From NCBI RefSeq assembly GCF_036321535.1, contig NC_087436.1:100194001-100258000 (forward strand): DNA of 64,000 nt, written 5' to 3'. Every line of letters starts with the position of its first letter. The first letter of the stretch is position 1. The notes below the pieces were generated by a model. That model did not search any database and was not told the origin of the DNA. It was given only the letters and a program-made list of their open reading frames with translations. Position numbers and translations under genes: made by a program. Source of the stretch: Camelus dromedarius. Taxonomy: Eukaryota. Shown here piece by piece: positions 1 through 12,689 of the stretch.

Positions 1-1136
1 ATGTTTTGGGCACCAAAAAACAAAGATACTACCTTTGTCTTCAAAATAGTCACTATCCAGGGGGAAGAAGCCATATAAAAGCTGTCTGGAAAAGTGTCTT
101 CATGGCGTTCCGTGTAAAGTATTATGAGAACACAGATGAGAGACTAATTCTGCCTTCAAGTAGTCAAGAGAAACTGCAGAAAACGAGTTGTACACAGTCA
201 TCAAAGTACCATTTAAGCATGAACATAATTTCTCCACTTATTCAGGGTGTGGACCTTCAGCTGTATTTTCAGTCAAACATAAACATGTCATTTGTTGTAC
301 TTCACAGGGTTGAAATAGCAAACTGTATCTCAATGAACAAAATTTGGCTAGTCTCAAACAAAATCCCCAAATTTACAAGCATACAGCCTTTTGGTCCTAT
401 CTTCCCAAGGCCCCAGGCTGCACAGTGTATTTCCTTAATATTACAGTTGTTGGATGATAAGGGAAAAATAACATGTAACCAGAAAATATAATTTTAAAAG
501 CTATTTTTAATATACCAAGGAAACATAGTCTGGAAATGAATTCTTTATCTTTGAGATTTTATCTGCCTGGGGTACATTCTTGGAGTGAGAGGAAGACAAG
601 GCCAAGGTAGATGGAAATGGAAAGTGTTCAAAAGTTTACATTTTAAGCTTTGCCTGTGATATTTTAAGGTGTTGTAGATATTTTTGTGAGCTCTCTCTGT
701 GGGAGCAGAATCCATCAGCCTGCTCGTCGGAGGAATGGGGCAAACAGCTCAGCAGTGCTCTTGGCACGGATCATGCATTTTTCTATCATTCAGAGTTTGG
801 TCCCACAATCCCCCAAATGTCACCAAATTAATAAGGACATTTTGTTTTATTTTCAAATTTCACAAAGTGGCATTCCTGGAATATTGGCTTTAGCAGCATG
901 TGGACAGATTCCTGCAGGGACTGGGTCAGCTGCTTCAAACTGTTTCACTGTCCAGCTCACCTTCTCACTCCAAGAAGGTATCGGCTTCATTCTTCTTTCA
1001 GGATATAAGTAGTTGCCTGTTGTGAAACATTTTCTCTTATTCTTTACTTTCCCTTAAAGAGAAATACTGATTTTTCATCTGTTGAAAATCATTTCTTTGG
1101 ATTATGGAATTGTCTCTAAGACAATACCTATGAGAC

Positions 1137-1160
1137 ATATATATATATATATATATATAT
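1137..1160. repeat. (AT)12 microsatellite
   Basis: Perfect AT dinucleotide run read directly. Confidence 0.95.
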
Positions 1161-1914
1161 AAAATCCAATATTCTAGGAGGTAGCACTTTTCTAGAAACA
1201 TTTTATTCACCAATAAATTACATGATATTTACCATTAGAATAAATCCAGAAAGGGATACATGAATAAATGGATGAATGAAAATTAGTTGGCTATAACCTT
1301 AGATAGCAAAAGTAAGGGTGAAGAGAGATTGAGACTCAGGACACATAATTTCTACATTGTAAAGACTGGAATATTCCTTAAGCAAGGGGACTTTTCCAGA
1401 AATAGTAGGCTCAGAGGATGCACCAAAATTAGAAGCAAGCCAAGATACAGATAATCTTTCTACAAGAAATGAACTGAGTGAAAAAAAGATTTGGTCCCCT
1501 GACTTATTAAATACATATTGAAGGTTTATGCTGTACTGTGTGTGCATGTGTGACCGTGCCTCTAGCAATGAAAGGTGCCAAAGCATTTTGATTGCAGGTG
1601 TTATTCCCAAAAGGCTCAAATCCTTGCAATTGCCAGTTAATACTCTATTAATATATTCAACAAATACTTTGTTCCCTTGATTTTCCTACAATGAATTTTA
1701 CAAAAACACTATCATGATGTTAAGGATTAGCTTGCAATTCAGATGAGTGTGTACACTGATGACTGGTTGTTTGATTAGATCTTTGAGCCTGCTTTCCCTT
1801 GCCATAGGCGGAAGATACTAAAAAAGGACTGAAAATTAATTGGATAAATGAAGATTCATAAGGAGATGTGGGGCAGGTACCTGATCTACATTGTGTGGTC
1901 CATCTTTGTTGGAC

Positions 1915-2450
1915 ACAGTATTACTTATTTGTTGTTTTATAACAAATGGCCTCAGAAACTTAGCAGAGAAACACAATAAGCAATTATGATCTCAGTTTTT
2001 GTGAGTCAGCTTGCTGGATGTTAGTGAATCCGGCTAGGTCATGAGGTACAGTCAAGAAGTGTCATCTGAAGGTCCAAGTTCCCTCTCCGTATAGTTGTGA
2101 CAGGCCATTATCACTGGCTGTTGTCAGTAGACCTTGGTTCCTTACCACATGGGCTTTTCCTTAGCTGACTTGGGTATTTTTATGACATAGTACGTGTCTT
2201 CTCCCAGAGTGAGTGATGAGTGATGAGTGATGATATACAAATATAGATGCAGATTTAGATGTAGATATAGATATGGAGAGAAGGAAAGGAATAAGTTCAA
2301 GACAGAAGCTGCTGTCTTTTCTAGCTTAATCTCAAAAATTAACATAGTGTCACTTCTGCCATATGTCATGTTAACTCTGGGGCAACATATGAAGGAACTA
2401 CAAAAGGATATATACCAGGAGGCATGTATAATTGGTAATCATGGTACCAG
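1915..2450 (-). mobile_element. MaLR solo LTR, MLT1E/F-like, old
   Basis: Reverse-strand MLT1 hallmarks: 'ataacaaatggcctcagaaacttagc', 'gtcatctgaagg', 'ttccttaccacatgggc', 'tgtcacttctgccata'. Confidence 0.7.
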
Positions 2451-2689
2451 AGATCAAAAACTGAAAGTTTGTTTCTTTTTAATTCTGGCATCTGAAAGTC
2501 TGTGAAGTTAATCTCTAATAGTTAAGACTAAAAAATAATGGAAAAAATACAAAAAAATACATAAAAAATAATGAAGCTAGGCCTGTCAAGTACAATAAAA
2601 TTCTAATAGCATTATTTTCAGAAGGATAAATTGAGTCCCAGAATCTTACTTGATGTGAGAAGAGCAGTAGTAATCAATATGGACCCTCC

Positions 2690-3183
2690 TTGCATCAGTG
2701 AAATTTGGATACATAACAAACTACCCCCAAAATGAGTGTCTTAAGCAACATTGGCTATTTTTCACAATTTTCTGACAAAGCCATGCAGTGTTTTCAGGCT
2801 GAACCAAGTTCGCTGACCTCTGTGGTCAACTGGTGGCTCAGCCAAGCCTGGATGGTATATAATAGTCTCACTTATATCTGGTTGTGGATTGATGTTAATT
2901 GTGTGACAAGGATGGCTGGGCCAGGTGTCTCTCACCATCTAGTTGGCCTAGACGCACTGACATAGGGCTAGCTATAGTGTTGCTAAGAGCAGCAAGAAAA
3001 AGGATGCCTTACTATGAAGTTTCTTCTTCAATCTGTGCAGGCATCACATTCGCTAATGTCTGTTCTCAAAGCGAGTCTCATAGACTTTGCTTCTTGATGT
3101 GAAGGGCTGCAAAGTCATGTTTCAAAAGAGCCTGAGCACAGGGATGGAGAGAAATGGTTACTAATTTTGTAATCAATATACTC
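2690..3183 (-). mobile_element. MaLR solo LTR, MLT1G/H-like, old
   Basis: Motifs 'cataacaaactacccccaaaatgagtgtcttaagcaaca', 'gcatcacattcgctaatgtc', 'gggctgcaaagtcatgt' resemble antisense MLT1. Confidence 0.65.
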
Positions 3184-3279
3184 TCCAATTCTTATGAGCT
3201 CTTATCCGTTATTTCCAGAAGTGACCTAAGAGTGTTGATCATTTTTTTCTTGTTGTTGAGTATACCCTTCCTTACTCAG

Positions 3280-3735
3280 GAAAGTAGAGAATGAGACAAG
3301 GATTTGTGTGCTGTATTTTAATTAGAGAGGTTGTCTAGGGAGCAGGAAAGTGAGTAAGGAGAGAGACAAACAGGAAGCAGAAAAAAGAAATGCAGCAGTA
3401 CATTTCCTAATTGATCCACATGGGCAACTGAGGTTAGACTCAACCAGGACCTTCCAGAAGACAAGCACCACAAGTCTCTGAAGTATCCAGCCAAAGGAAA
3501 GAAGAGGGTAGCTTGTCCACCCTCCATCACACCCTCACTGTTCCAGGGCTGCCCTGTGGGATATAACTCCCTCGCATTCCCAGGTCATTCTGGCATTAAT
3601 GTGTAGATTTTCTCATGTGTGAAGCTCAGTGAAACCAAGGAATTCCCAGGAGGAAAAAAAATGAGACACTCACAGTGCTGCTCAGCTGCTGGTCACTGCA
3701 TCAGTATCTGGAGGAAAATATGGATCAAGAATTAT
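3280..3735 (-). mobile_element. ERVL LTR, LTR16-like
   Basis: 'catgggcaactgagg', 'cagggctgccctgtgggatataactccctcgcattcc' resemble the recalled LTR16 consensus. Confidence 0.55.
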
Positions 3736-3784
3736 GTGGGGCATAAAAGATATCTGAACAGTATTTGAGTGGAGTTATTACATT

Positions 3785-3950
3785 TTGAGCAGAAAAACTG
3801 TGTAAAACTTGTCTTAGGTGTTATCTCATTTAACCATCCTCCCCTACAAAAACCATTAGAGAAATTAAGTAACTTGCCTAAAGCCACAGAGTTAGTGAAA
3901 GAACTCAGATTTGAAGACAGGTTTTTACACATGAAAGTCTGTGCTTTCTC
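3785..3950 (-). mobile_element. MIR fragment
   Basis: 'ttatctcatttaacc...agaaattaagtaacttgcctaaagccacagagttagt' is the MIR core in antisense. Confidence 0.65.
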
Positions 3951-3974
3951 AGTGTACTTTACATCCAAAAATTC

Positions 3975-4436
3975 TTTTTTTTTTTTTTAAATTGAAGTAT
4001 AGTCAGTTATAATGTGTCGATTTCTGGGGTACAGCATAACGTTTCACTCATATATATACACACATATATTTGTTTTCACATTCTTTTTCGTTATAGGTTA
4101 CTAAAAGATATTGAATATAGTTCCCTGTGCTCTACAGAAGAAATTTAGTTTTTATCTATTTTATATATAGTAGTTAATATTTGCAAATCTCAGATTCCCA
4201 ATTTATCCTTTCCCACCCACTTTCCCCTTGTAACCATAAATTTGTTTGCTATGTCTGTCTGTGAGTCTGTTTCTGTTTTGTAGATGAGTTCATTAGTGTC
4301 TTCCTTTTTCTTCTTTTTCTTTTAGATTCTACACATGAGTGATGTCATATGGTATTTTCCTTTCTCTTTCTGGCTTACGTCACTTAGAATGACGATTTCC
4401 AGCTGCATCTATGTTGCTGCAAATGGCATTATTTTA
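3975..4436 (-). mobile_element. 5'-truncated lineage-specific L1 (3' UTR) with TSD
   Basis: Poly(T) followed by 'attgaagtatagtcagt...ttccctgtgc...gcaaatggcattatt'. Flanks tacatccaaaaattc (3960-3974) and tacgtcctaaaattc (4437-4451) match at 13/15. Confidence 0.92.
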
Positions 4437-5999
4437 TACGTCCTAAAATTCCTCTGTTTGTGTGAATATGTTTCTTTTTTTGTGGAAGAGGGATATGGGG
4501 GTGGGGCTTACCAGGCATGGATGGAGACTGGATTCTTTGACATCTCTCTGTGATGAATTGTAGTGCATATTTTATAATTTACTCATTCCAGAAAAAAAAA
4601 AAAGGTTTATTTAGGGACCTTTCTTGATACAAAATGAAGATGCTGTGCAGCTATACAAATGCAAACGGACATCAATTGGGTGGAAATTATTTTCCTCATC
4701 AGAGTGAAGTTGGCTGGCAATGTGTTCTATCAGGCCACATAACCCTTGGCCCCTCAGGTAGGCAGAGAAATTAGGTAAGGGAGGATAATTTAAGATGTAG
4801 TGGGGACATCACATTTGAATGAAAATTATATTTTCATGATTGTGCAGTACTAAAAAAGCTGTTTTATTCAGCAGTTCTTCAGTCAGAACTCCCCATTAAT
4901 GATCATTTCCTCACATCTTCCAGTAAAATGACAGTGATAGGCTTAATGATGTCCCTAATAGATTGTGAATCATAAAAATGCCTTCTGTGTGATCAAGGCA
5001 ATGAAATAACCCTCACTGATGATTTTCTCATTGATTTTATTTTATTGTTAGTTTAGAAAATTACTGGTTCGTATATCATACATATGATAACTTCGTTAAC
5101 CCTAAGATTTGATTAAAAAGAAAACTTCATTTCTCAGCGAAAACAGAGGAGGAGCAGCTAAGTGTCTCTGTGTTGCTTCCATGAATGAACAAAAGAGGTC
5201 AAACAGAGAAACCTACTGAATTTTATTGCTGTCTCGTAAAGAGTGTATATAGTGCCCATAAAGAATATGGTGGGAAAGTAAATTATTTACTGTGAGAACC
5301 TTGGCTGTGAAATCATTTATGTACCACTAAGGGATTTTGCATACAGGAGAGGAAGGAGTGCCTGAGAATCATTTTTCTCTGCATCTTTGGACTTTCTCCA
5401 TCGGAGGATAAGGCAGTAAGCATCTTAGATTTTAGGCAACACAATCAAAATGTCTATCACCCTTTTTCTGGGGAATAATTGCCTGAAGGGATTTTTGACA
5501 TTTTAAAATTTAATTGTGGTTTTCTTTGTTCTTTAAACAATATATTGGGCTTTCTAGAACTTTTAGCGTGCTGAGAATTGCATTACCAGGCCACTTAAGG
5601 GTATTTTGTGCAACCTGAAATATTTATTAAGGACCTGACGCTGTGTTCCTCAGAGAATACATGGAGGAACACCTGCATGGGAAACGGAAAGTCCAGGCCA
5701 CTGGGAGGCAGACTGTGGTTAAGGGGAGTCTTCCTTACTCCACATAATGATACTATAGAGACAGTCCCACACTCTCGGAAAATATTCTGAAGAAATGGGA
5801 AAAAAAAAAGTCAATTTGACAATTAGATTGCCTTGTCACTGCAAAGTGGAATTATTTGTGCTTTTTTAAGCCACTAAACGTTAATATCTTGGCCCATTGG
5901 AGAAGGAGCCGCCAAAAAACAGAAGTTTTAAATCCTGTCATTTTGCATGGCACAGAATAATTCACTTGACTTATTTCAATCTCAAAGTAAACACCGGAG

Positions 6000-6165
6000 T
6001 TAAACATAAATATTGTTCTCATTTTCACTTAACACGTGGGAAAAATGATTCAGGGAAGAAAAGTGACTTTTCTGAAGTCAGAGAGAGAAAAATAAAATAA
6101 AATAAAGTCAGAGAGAGAGGTAGAGGAAAACTAGACCTGGAGTCGATTTGTTTCGTCCTGTGCAT
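6000..6165 (-). mobile_element. MIR fragment carrying a small A-rich insertion
   Basis: 'ttctcatttt...aagtgacttttctgaagtca' resembles the MIR core. Confidence 0.5.
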
Positions 6166-6363
6166 TGTTTACTTAGTAGCACCTCCCCCATCACAGCTCG
6201 TCCCCCCTCAAATCCACCCTGAGCACAGAGACAAATAACTGCTCCCCATTCCACACTCTCTCCATTAGTGTAAAATCTCACTTTTTTTTTTTTTGTTAGT
6301 GTAAAATGTCCTTGCTCATAGGTTTCTTAACCCAAAAGGGGAAGGAAAAAGGATCCCAGTACT

Positions 6364-6868
6364 TGTTATACTCGAAAGATAAGAATTCAGACTGAAGACA
6401 GAAGTGTTGCATAGTGAAAGATTTTAAAGGTTTCATTTAGCAAAGGGAAAGTACACCTCCACAAACGGGACGTGGGCTGATCTAAGGGAAGACAGCAATG
6501 GTCTGTTTGTCTTCTCTGTTATACCCTTGCTTAGAGGTGGTCTCTTGATTGATTGATGGCTCTTGGCCCTGGAGTGCTCAGTCATGCTCATCCCCTTTTG
6601 TGCATGACCTTACCCATGATGCACACAGAAAAACCCATGGGGTGGGGCTGAACCACAATGCTAATTATATTACAATGAGCATAGGATCATGTCCAGTTAG
6701 GCCCTTGTTGCTACTGCGCAGTTGCAGCCGTGTGGTTCTAACCAGTTTCTTGCTGGCACTCATTTAGAGGAAGTAAAGCCCCTTTCTGCTGCAGGTGGGG
6801 GTACCTCCATCTTCCAAACCATCCTCCCTCTCCTCCATCCTATCTGCCCGGTCCCCCTACTTATCTCA
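6364..6868 (-). mobile_element. ERV1-class solo LTR
   Basis: TG...CA termini, ~505 bp, GC-richer than flanks. 'atgctaattatattacaatgagca' is a MER4-group-like motif. Shares a 15-bp block with the LTR at 46481-47032. Confidence 0.75.
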
Positions 6869-9800
6869 CTACCTAATAGGTTGACCCAAGTGGGTGAGAA
6901 ATTCCCAAAGTGATTTTATTTTCTAAAAATACGTGTATTATTTTTCACCTGTGACTTTAGTTCATCAGTTGTCATTTTATGCGGTTTTTCTGTGGACATT
7001 AAATGAAAAGTAAGTGGTCAACAATTTTTTGATTGCACATGTACTAGTATAAGAATAGCAAGAAACGAAGTTGTGGATTTTATTCTGTCATGGTGCTAAG
7101 TGAGCCATTTTAGATGTCCAGGTGACTGATTGAGGGCACTACTCACAGAAAGGTTAATCCCATATAAATTTCCAGATGCTTCTGTTGTCACAGTTGTAAT
7201 GCAGAATAATGATATTTAGGTATCCTGATGTTAGTCATATGAATGTATTTGAGGGAATCAATCTCTCTAGTTCTTTCTCTCTCTCAGTCCCTCCCTCGCT
7301 CCTTCCTCCTTCTCTTTCTTAAGCCAGACTCCTTTTTTTTTGGTAACTTAACTGCAAGAGGTGTTCTGCTTTCCCTTTATTTCTTATGATAATTTTTATT
7401 TCACTTTTTTATTGCCTACCTTTTTTTTCCGGGAAACTCCAGAGTATAAACTAAGATGGGAATTATAAATTTTAAGGTTGCTTAAAAATTGTTAATCTAG
7501 TTAGGAATTATACTCATTGGTGATGTATTGTAGACAGATTTTTTTATTTCACATATTAAGCAGTAGTGGTCCAGGAGTCTTCACAGGCCAAGTTAATGAT
7601 ACACCTTGGAAATGACAACCAGTCTCCTGCCCTCTAGGAAAGGTTTTATTTATTTTTTCTTTTTTTTTTTCTGTGCTATGCACCCATTTATAATGTGCTT
7701 ACTTGTAAAATCATTGAACACAAATTGTGTATCAGGGAAGGTTTGTGTCAAAAAGTAATTATTAGCCCCAAAGAAGGAATTTTGAAGGGTTACTCTGAAA
7801 ATCATCAGTAAGTCTGGTGATGATGCTCAGAAAATGGCTAGGAATCATGGTGGCTAACACCTAGAATGACACCAAAGCCACGTGCCAGTCACCCTATGAA
7901 GATGAAAGCCCACTCCTGCTTTAGGCCACTGGATGTTACTTCCTTCCCCAGAAGGAAAATAATACGTTGGCTTTTGGGCTTTAATCACAGAAGGGGCTTG
8001 GTCTCTTTCTAAATCCAAAAAAAAAAAAAAAAGCTTCTTGTGCTATGCACCTATAAAAAGAGTTGAAATTATCTGTACATTAGAGATATATCAACAATTA
8101 AAAGAAACATTCAGTTCCTAAACCAATGAAGAATTTGTTTGTGTATTTATATAAAAAAGTATTGTATTAGTATATTAAAATTAGCATTTTAATATAGTTT
8201 TACATATTTCTTTCTTTTCAAAGAAATCCTAGTAGGTGCAGGAAACAGTTTATACCCTTTTATACAAATTAGAGCATTGAGATGAAAGGGTTCTAAAAAT
8301 TTGGGCTATTTTTGACAAATAATAACAGAGAAATGACCAGAATCCACAAATAATTTTGATATCTTGAAAGATGACAGCACAAGTGCAGAATCAGTGTGTA
8401 CAGTGTGATGGCATTTTATCTCAATATTTCTTAAAATAAAGTATACAGATATGCATATTAAATTCATTGTATGTTTTTAGAGTTGCACAGTTATCAAACA
8501 TTCAATTATTTTTTTTAAAATGACATAAAATCACTTTTTTTCTTGTTTTTCAGTTTTCAGATTCTTATGTACTTTTTGATTATGCTTCTTGATAATCTGT
8601 ACTACAATAAATACAGTAGACATTTGCAAATTTCCTTTTGTAATCCTTTAGAAAATATCAAATGTTTTCAGCTTGATATCAGTATTTTCCAAAGTCTAAC
8701 GCTTTGTTTGTAAATAAGGATAAAAATCAATAGAATTGAATCTGTAAACTTAGCTCCATACACATACTACTGTGTTCCTTCTTACCACAACAATTTAATA
8801 TACTCAACAGATAGATGTCAACACAAAAAGAAAGGGTTAAGATAGCCTTCTATTTCAAGTAACAGTATGTGTGGATAATGATTTAAGTGTAAAAAAAGAA
8901 AAAAAAGAAAATTCATTTTTTCTTTATGTCTTTGACTTCAAAAACTTGGTGCTTTAAAGTCCATTTGCTTATTATTAATTTTTAAAAGACCAACTAGGGA
9001 ATTTGGTCTTAAATATGCAATAAATGCAAATTGGTGAAAATCTCTTGGGTAACCAAACTCAATATCTGAACGTCTATCACTTGAGAAAGGCCAAGTGGCT
9101 GTGTTCCTCTCCAGAGTCTGAGTGACTATACCATAGCCTAGGATGTGACTATCAGTATTGCAGGATAAGAGGTGTCTTTTGTGGATAGGCTCACGTTGAT
9201 AAAATTCATCAGACTGGGGAGGAAATTAAAAAGAAAATGGATTCATTTATAATGAGAAATAGAGCCTCTAAGGAAACACTCTTGGATACAACAAATTCAT
9301 TCAATAAGTGCAAGATGAATTTGCATAGTTCTCCTCTGATTTATTATGTATTGATATGAAAATGTCAATTTTAAGGCCATTTTCCTCATTTCCATATTCT
9401 CTGGGAAATCTTCACTGAAGCCTCTTGCTCATTTCCCATAATGTAATATCTCCTTCTTTCCCGTTCCCAAAGGGGGATAAAAATCAAATATTGCTGACAA
9501 GTGGAAGGTCTATTGTGCCAAGTTTTAAATCTGTATCTATTTAAATCTGTATCTATCTGTATCATTCAGCCGATTTCCCTCTAAAAAGAATTGAATTCTG
9601 TGCTTACAACTATCTAATTTTATTCTGCCTGAAAGTCCATTTTTTGAGGTCTGTGTGTCCTGGATTTGAGATGCAGTGTCCTTTATAGGTGCCTTTATTC
9701 CAGGGCACAGAATGTCTGCTCTGCCTGCATCATGTCCCCTCAGAATGTCCATAGATCAGCTTCTCTTCAGGCTCTGGGGCTGATGTTTCTCACCTAGGGC

Positions 9801-10004
9801 AGCTGTGTCGTTTCCCAATATAGAGTACACACGAGACCGCTGCCCACTTTAAGAAATCTTATGGGAGATTGATCATCTTTATTGACAATATCTGAGATTC
9901 TGGGCCAGCCCACATTTAAAGTGCCCTTTTTCTATTTTATTTTGAAGTATTGCATATTCTCAAAGCAGAATCAAATATATTTTATTTTTAAATTATTTTT
10001 TAAT

Positions 10005-10235
10005 TCTTATTTTTAATTGAAGTGTAGTCGATGTCCAATGTTTGTTTCAGGTGTATAGCAAAGTGATTCATTATACATATATATATATATATACACAAAT
10101 AAATATTTTTTCAGTTTCTTTTCCATTATGGCTCATTTTAAGAAACTGAATATAGTTCCCTGTGCTATACAGCAGGTCCTTGTTGTTTATCTATTTTATA
10201 TATAGTAATGTGTGTCTGCTAATCCTGAGATCTTA
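10005..10235 (-). mobile_element. L1 3' UTR fragment
   Basis: 'tttttaattgaagtgtagtcg...aatatagttccctgtgctatacagcaggtccttgttg', same family as other copies in the window. Confidence 0.88.
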
Positions 10236-11239
10236 ATCTTATTCTTAAAATTTTTCAAAACCATTCTAATTGAATGAATATTTTTAATAAAACATTTTTG
10301 GTTTAAGAGGCAACAAAAATCTGGCATATTACTAAGTTTATAGTTTATCCACTTATGGGCATTAAAAAGTTCAATTATTTATTGTTTCTTGTAAAGACAT
10401 ACTGTTTAAAAATCTTGTCATGTTTCTGTTTTAGTTGGCAAGCTTTGAAGATTATCAATAACTTTTTTGTTGGCAGGGCGTGGCTAGTAGCAGTTGGAAA
10501 ACAACACAGGCAAATACACTTCAATCTTGAACACAGATCTTTTTCATTTATATCTCGGTGTGGAAAAAGAGAATTTAACAATGCACTCAATAAAGCATTT
10601 AACACTCATAAAGAATTTCCATTTTTAACTCATTTTTTTCCACAGTGAAATTTTTAGAGACTAAAAATGCAAGTTTAGTTTTTCTTTTTTAATATGCTAA
10701 ACATGTTCAAAATAATATATAAACTCAGTATCAAAGTAGACACCCTACACTAATCTCATAATCAATCCTCTTGCAGCTGATAGAGAGATAGTCAATATTA
10801 TCTCAATGAAAGCTTTTGTACAACTGGGAAAAAAAGCATTAAAATTGCAATTGTACATCCTCTCAGCTATCTGATGAAAAATTTCACACTGCAATTAGAA
10901 TGGAATTACTCCAGGGACCTAGGAAACTCTAACTACATAGTTCTCAATAAAATAACCTTTCCCACCGAGTTCACTCAAAGGGAAATAATAGAGTAAGACA
11001 AAAATAAAACACTATGTTATTAAGTGACATTACTGCACCAATCATACTGTAGAATCCTGGTAAGTTAGACTGGATCATGTGGAAGATTCTTGGCCCAACC
11101 TAAGTAATGTGATTAGCGCAGTATCAAAGCAGACTATTCTCCCAGACAAGTGCTGGACAGTTTCCTAAAAATGCTTTAACACTGTCCTCAGGAGAACTGT
11201 CAATAGCTGTGCCGTTCCTTTAGCACGGCCTCGACTATG

Positions 11240-11505
11240 TAGGTCTGATCCTGTCTGAGGATCACTGCATTTGCTCTTTCCTCCCCCTCTGTCCACTAGT
11301 TAGTCTCTCACCTTCTTCAAGTCCTAATTCAAACCTTCCCAATATATATCCAAATAGTATCATATATTAAATGTTAGGATTTATATCTAGGACTCATCTG
11401 AGACACCAGCTTGCAACCAACACTATGAACCCTGGTAGCTCAGTCTTCACAGTCCATGGCATGAAATAGTTATTCAATAAATGATCTGTAATGAGTGGAT
11501 AAATT
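11240..11505 (+). mobile_element. L2 3' end fragment
   Basis: 'tggcatgaaatagttattcaataaatga...gagtggataaat' matches the L2 terminus pattern. Confidence 0.55.
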
Positions 11506-11889
11506 GCTCTCTTTTATTTTTTAAATAGTCTTTTATTGGAAAAGTAATGCATGCATCTTTATGAAACACCATTTTTCCCAAAGAAATAAGATATTCTTTC
11601 AGGAATAACATATGTCTTTATAAATGTGTTTGCATATGTATGTGTGCATGTATTTTATAGTTTTATACACAAATGGGAGCATTCTAAAATAAGGTGGCAA
11701 TATATCTTTGAAATTATTCCATTTTCATATATAAACATTTATCATGTTTTTTTATAGCAACACTATATCTCATCCTTTGTGTGAATGTATCACAAATTGT
11801 TTAATGTCTCTAGGACTCCTTTATGAATATTTAATATAGTGTTATAAATAATGTTTAGATGATTTCAAACATAATAGCCCTGCATACAG

Positions 11890-12105
11890 AGGAGGGAATT
11901 GTGACAATTTTAGATGGAACGGTGAGGAAGGACTCTCTAAGTTGGTGATATTTGAGTCAACATCTGAAAGAGGTAAGGGACCAAGACAAAAGAGAGACTA
12001 GAATACCGATTTCCAGCAGCAGAAACAGCAAGTGCAAAGGACCTGAGGAAATAAAACATTCTGGATGTGCTTAAAAGAGTTCAACAGGAACAGGGTGGCT
12101 TTCAG
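11890..12105 (-). mobile_element. L2 fragment
   Basis: 'ggtgatatttgagtcaacatctgaa...cagcagaaacagcaagtgcaaaggacctgagg' is a typical antisense L2 motif. Confidence 0.75.
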
Positions 12106-12689
12106 TATTCCTGAGAAAAAAAGTTGGAACAATCCTAGGAAGTGTAAGGCATGTTTTTTGGAAAATGACATCTTTAAAAAAACAAAAAAGGATTTCTGGC
12201 TCAGGAAAAATATATACATATTTTTAAAGTTATTTGTACAAATAATACAATATACTGCTTCTCTGCTTCCATCCACTTACCTTAAGATCCTGCAATATTT
12301 TGGGCAAAATGACCCCTGCAGTCTCTTCCGTAGCTGATACTGTATTCATTAATAAACATATTAGGTAAAGAGATATAGATTTCTAAAATTCTCATGAAAA
12401 GAAAGTGAGGAAATAAACTACCCAAGTTCACCATGGAAGTTAGTGCAGAGAAGAGGCTCAAATCTAAGTATTTCTAAGAGAAGAATCTGTGAACTTTATC
12501 ACTAGCTATATTGCAAGAGCACTTAATTTTTTTTATTATAATTAGGTGCATCTGTTTCTACCAGAAGAGACCAATCAGACTTGCCACTGGGTGGACACTG
12601 CCAGAATTGCCTTTGATAATCACTAATTTCCAGGTACCTGAGGCTAAAATATTTTTGTCTAATGAGCACTTTTTCTACCATTTTAAGTG

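Noticed and set aside
6..491. 161-aa ORF, and the 108-aa ORF at 686-1012
   Set aside because: Non-ATG starts, no recognisable domain, and composition typical of translated non-coding DNA.
7672..8051. 13-bp direct repeat tgtgctatgcacc (7672-7684, 8039-8051) around a segment ending in an A-run, as a possible retrocopy
   Set aside because: No poly(A) signal, the repeat is offset from the A-run and lacks an L1 endonuclease site, and one such match is plausible by chance in 64 kb.
9523..9564. Short tandem duplications (also near 22430, 25592, 45219, 45874, 51935) as an array or CRISPR-like system
   Set aside because: Each has only 2-3 adjacent copies with no spacers, consistent with ordinary slippage in a mammalian genome.
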